Positions 61,171-64,000 of a stretch of DNA of 64,000 nt are shown piece by piece. The translations under genes and the position numbers were made by a program. The DNA comes from Porticoccaceae bacterium. GTDB lineage: Bacteria > Pseudomonadota > Gammaproteobacteria > Pseudomonadales > Porticoccaceae. Position 1 is the stretch's first letter. Each line of letters begins with the position of its first letter. The notes beneath the pieces are model-generated. The model was not told the origin of the DNA. It did not search any database and was given only the letters and a program-made list of their open reading frames with translations. The stretch spans positions 21,245-85,244 of the forward strand of contig JAQWUP010000040.1 of NCBI GenBank assembly GCA_029242085.1. Direction: 5' to 3'.

Positions 61171-61446
61171 GGGGGTCTTGCTCCGTTAAATATGCAAAAA
61201 ACGCTGCTAGACAAGACTATTTTCTCCAGCGACATTAATTAATTGTCATCTTCCGTAAACAGCCCTGAGACTGGCTTTCTGAGACCGGCTTATGCTGTTC
61301 TAAAAACGACTCTAGGTCAAGCGTCATATGCGTTTGCGGCGATGGCGCTGGATGGTATATAGCGGTCGCAATTGCCTCTTAGCGGCTCAGGGTTGACAGT
61401 TAAACTGCCAAAATATAAGCAAAAAAACAGGCTCTGAGAGACGCAT

Positions 61447-63960
61447 ATGAAAACAAGTGCAAAAGTAGTGGTGGTCGGTGGCGGCGTTGTCGGCGCCAGT
61501 ACTCTCTATCATCTCGCCAAGAAGGGTTGGACGGATGTCGTGCTGGTTGAGCGCAAAGAACTGACGTCAGGTTCCACCTGGCATGCGGCTGGCCTATTGC
61601 CGTTGTTTAATATGAGCTACTCAGTAGGAAAATTACACCAGTACTCGGTGGACTTTTATCATGAACTGGAACGAGAGACGGAGCAGAATGTCGGATTCAG
61701 CGTAGTTTCTAATATTCGTCTTGCAGCTAATCAGGATCGTATGGATGAATATAAGTACTATTCAGGTGTAGCCCAGACCGTAGGCGTAGAAGTCAATTTT
61801 TTAACGCCAGAACAGGTGCAGGAAGTCTGGCCTATGGCCAATATCGACGGTATTATCGGGGCCATACAGCATCCAGACGATGGCTATATACAGCCCGCTG
61901 ATCTGACTCAGGCCTTGGCCAAGGGTGCCCGCAGTCGGGGTGCGGAAATCTACCGCAACACAGTGGTTTTGGATATTGAACAGCAGCCAGACGACAGCTG
62001 GATAGTTAAGACCGATAAGGGCGATATCCATTGCGAGCACGTGGTTTCCTGTACCGGCAACTTTGCGCGCAAGACCGGTGAAATGGTCGGTTTGGATATC
62101 CCGGTTATCCCAGTAGAGCACCAGTATATTGTCACTGATCCACATCCAGATGTGCTGGCGCGCAAGGCGCAGGGGTTGCCAGAACAGGCGGTGTTGCGGG
62201 AATCCGATGCCGGTTACTACCTGCGAGAAGAGGCGGGTGGATTTATTCTTGGTCCCTACGAAGAGACCGCGCCCTGCTGCTATGTTGATGGTCCTAGCGA
62301 GCAGTCAGAATACGAACTATTCAATGGCGATCTCGATCGTCTGATGCCCCATATTGAAGCCTGTATAGCGAGAGTTCCCGCCTTTGCTGAGGTCGGCGTA
62401 AAGACAGTGTATAACGGTGCTATTGCCTATACGCCCGATGGCAATCCGATTGTAGGTCCAGCCTGGGGGCTAAAGAATTTTTGGCTTAATGAGGGGCATA
62501 GCTTTGGTATTACCGCCGCTGGCGGTGCCGGTTGGCAGTTGGCTGAATGGATTGTCGATGGTGAGCCCAGCGTCGATATGATGGGTGTGGATCCCAGACG
62601 TTTTGGCCCCTATGCCACGCGTGGTTATCTGCGCAGCAAAAACGAAGAGGCCTATGATCATGTGTTTAAAAATCATTATCCAGATGAAGAGCGCAGCGCT
62701 GCACGCCCATTAAAAACCAGTCCCTGCTACGACCGCATGAAAGAACTGGGTGCGGTTTTCGGCTGCGTCTATGGTTGGGAGCGGCCCAACTGGTTTGCGC
62801 CTCCCGGATATTCTCTATCAGAAGATGATCTGGATAAGTCAGATACGCTGTGGAATCAAAACCATTCCAAGGCACTGGATGACGGTCGTATTGTTGAAAA
62901 AAATTCTTTTCGCCGCTCTAACTACTTTGATTTTGTCGGCCGTGAATGTCAGCACGTCAATAAGCATGTTGGCGTTCTTGATATGTCCGCATTCTCCAAA
63001 TGCACAGTCACTGGCCATGGTTCTGAAGCCTGGTTAAACAGTATTGTGGCCAACACTGTACCCAGAGCCGTGGGTCGTATTGGTCTCTGCCATATGCTCT
63101 CGCAAAATGGCGGTGTGCGCGCAGAATTCACCATCTACAAGCGCGCTAAAAATAGTTATTACCTGGTCTTTGCGGGTTCTCAGGAACGCCACGACTGGGA
63201 CTATCTGACCAAGCTCGCGCCTCGTGATGGCTCGGTTAATCTGCAAAAGATCACTACCCAGATGGGCGTACTGGTGCTCGCGGGTCCAAGGTCCCGCGAT
63301 GTGCTGCAAAAACTTACCGATACGGATCTATCTAACGATAACTTCAAATGGCTTACGGGTCAGCCGATCAATGTCGGCTACGCTCAGGCCGAGGCACTGC
63401 GAGTCAACTTTGTCGGTGAGCTGGGCTGGGAATTACATCATCCGATTGAGATGCAAAACTATATTTTCGACGAATTGATGAAAGCGGGTGCCGAGTTTGA
63501 TATCCAACCTTTTGGTATTCGTGCGATGGACAGCATGCGTATTGAGAAGTCCTATCGTTTGATTCCCCGCGAGATGTCGATCGAATATTCCGCACTGGAA
63601 TCTGGCCTCGAGCGATTTGTGAAACTGGATAAAGACTGCGACTTTGTCGGTAAAAAGTCGTTGATGGCGTGGCAGCAGAAAGGCTTTGATAACTGCTTTG
63701 CCACTCTGGAAGTGCACGGGGTGATCGATGCCGATGCGCGGGGTTCTGAGGGGCTGTTCAAAGATGGTCAGCTGGTGGGTCGAGCGACCTCTGGAGGCTT
63801 TGGCTTTCGCACCAACAAATCTTTAGCGCTGGGTCTGGTAAAAACTGCATATGGCGCCGTAGGCACAGAATTAGAGATTGAAATTCTCGGTGAGCGCTAT
63901 CGGGCAACTGTAATCGAAGAGTCGCCGTTTGATGCCGCCAATAATTGTTTGAGAAGCTAG
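61447..63960 (+). CDS. GcvT-family FAD/THF-dependent N-methyl dehydrogenase (dimethylglycine/sarcosine dehydrogenase-like)
   Basis: GGGVVG FAD motif, SGSTWHAAG (flavinylation His), YTPDG, GWERP, GELGWE, RIEK aminomethyltransferase domain. Confidence 0.9.
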   Translation: MKTSAKVVVVGGGVVGASTLYHLAKKGWTDVVLVERKELTSGSTWHAAGLLPLFNMSYSVGKLHQYSVDFYHELERETEQNVGFSVVSNIRLAANQDRMDEYKYYSGVAQTVGVEVNFLTPEQVQEVWPMANIDGIIGAIQHPDDGYIQPADLTQALAKGARSRGAEIYRNTVVLDIEQQPDDSWIVKTDKGDIHCEHVVSCTGNFARKTGEMVGLDIPVIPVEHQYIVTDPHPDVLARKAQGLPEQAVLRESDAGYYLREEAGGFILGPYEETAPCCYVDGPSEQSEYELFNGDLDRLMPHIEACIARVPAFAEVGVKTVYNGAIAYTPDGNPIVGPAWGLKNFWLNEGHSFGITAAGGAGWQLAEWIVDGEPSVDMMGVDPRRFGPYATRGYLRSKNEEAYDHVFKNHYPDEERSAARPLKTSPCYDRMKELGAVFGCVYGWERPNWFAPPGYSLSEDDLDKSDTLWNQNHSKALDDGRIVEKNSFRRSNYFDFVGRECQHVNKHVGVLDMSAFSKCTVTGHGSEAWLNSIVANTVPRAVGRIGLCHMLSQNGGVRAEFTIYKRAKNSYYLVFAGSQERHDWDYLTKLAPRDGSVNLQKITTQMGVLVLAGPRSRDVLQKLTDTDLSNDNFKWLTGQPINVGYAQAEALRVNFVGELGWELHHPIEMQNYIFDELMKAGAEFDIQPFGIRAMDSMRIEKSYRLIPREMSIEYSALESGLERFVKLDKDCDFVGKKSLMAWQQKGFDNCFATLEVHGVIDADARGSEGLFKDGQLVGRATSGGFGFRTNKSLALGLVKTAYGAVGTELEIEILGERYRATVIEESPFDAANNCLRS

Positions 63961-64000
63961 GTTTCAGGTGCGTCGTGGACTGGCACTCGTGCGTCGCAAA

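Noticed and set aside
61171-61446. TPP, glycine or ZTP riboswitch suggested by CTGAGA/CTCAGG words and the adjacent fhs
   Set aside because: The remaining conserved elements are not visible on either strand (TPP CCTGAT...AGG, glycine GGAGA...CCGAAG, ZTP GACTGGCG...GCCTGGG).

Overview
This is mostly core chromosome of a gammaproteobacterium. Gene order is Pseudomonas/Cellvibrionales-like; a marine SAR92/Porticoccaceae-type organism is my inference, not a database result. 1-39.1 kb holds conserved housekeeping blocks: uppP-oxidoreductase-apeB-trpS-cytochrome c5; pckA-hslO-hslR-yrfG-mrcA; pilM/Q-aroK-aroB-gltB-gltD-hemE; and psd-rhdA-rsgA-orn-queG-nnr-tsaE-amiB-mutL-miaA-hfq-hflX-hflK-hflC-yjeT-hisZ-purA. 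After purA comes a complete nuoA-N operon (fused nuoCD), then a more accessory stretch: CBS protein, GLYK-like kinase, PhoA, GST, a small XRE HTH gene with a decayed gene remnant, rlmA, and a divergent fhs / GcvT-family demethylase pair. I found no tRNA, rRNA, CRISPR array or intact mobile element. Main oddities: (1) the pilMNOPQ operon has collapsed into one in-frame 204-aa PilM'::'PilQ chimera still coupled to aroK; (2) a degenerate HD-GYP gene is frameshifted at an A7 tract; (3) a promoter appears to initiate at the base of a terminator hairpin upstream of yjeT-hisZ-purA; (4) 21-bp-phased GTCG-type boxes flank the C1 module. I do not see a clearly new multi-gene system, so these are offered as candidates.
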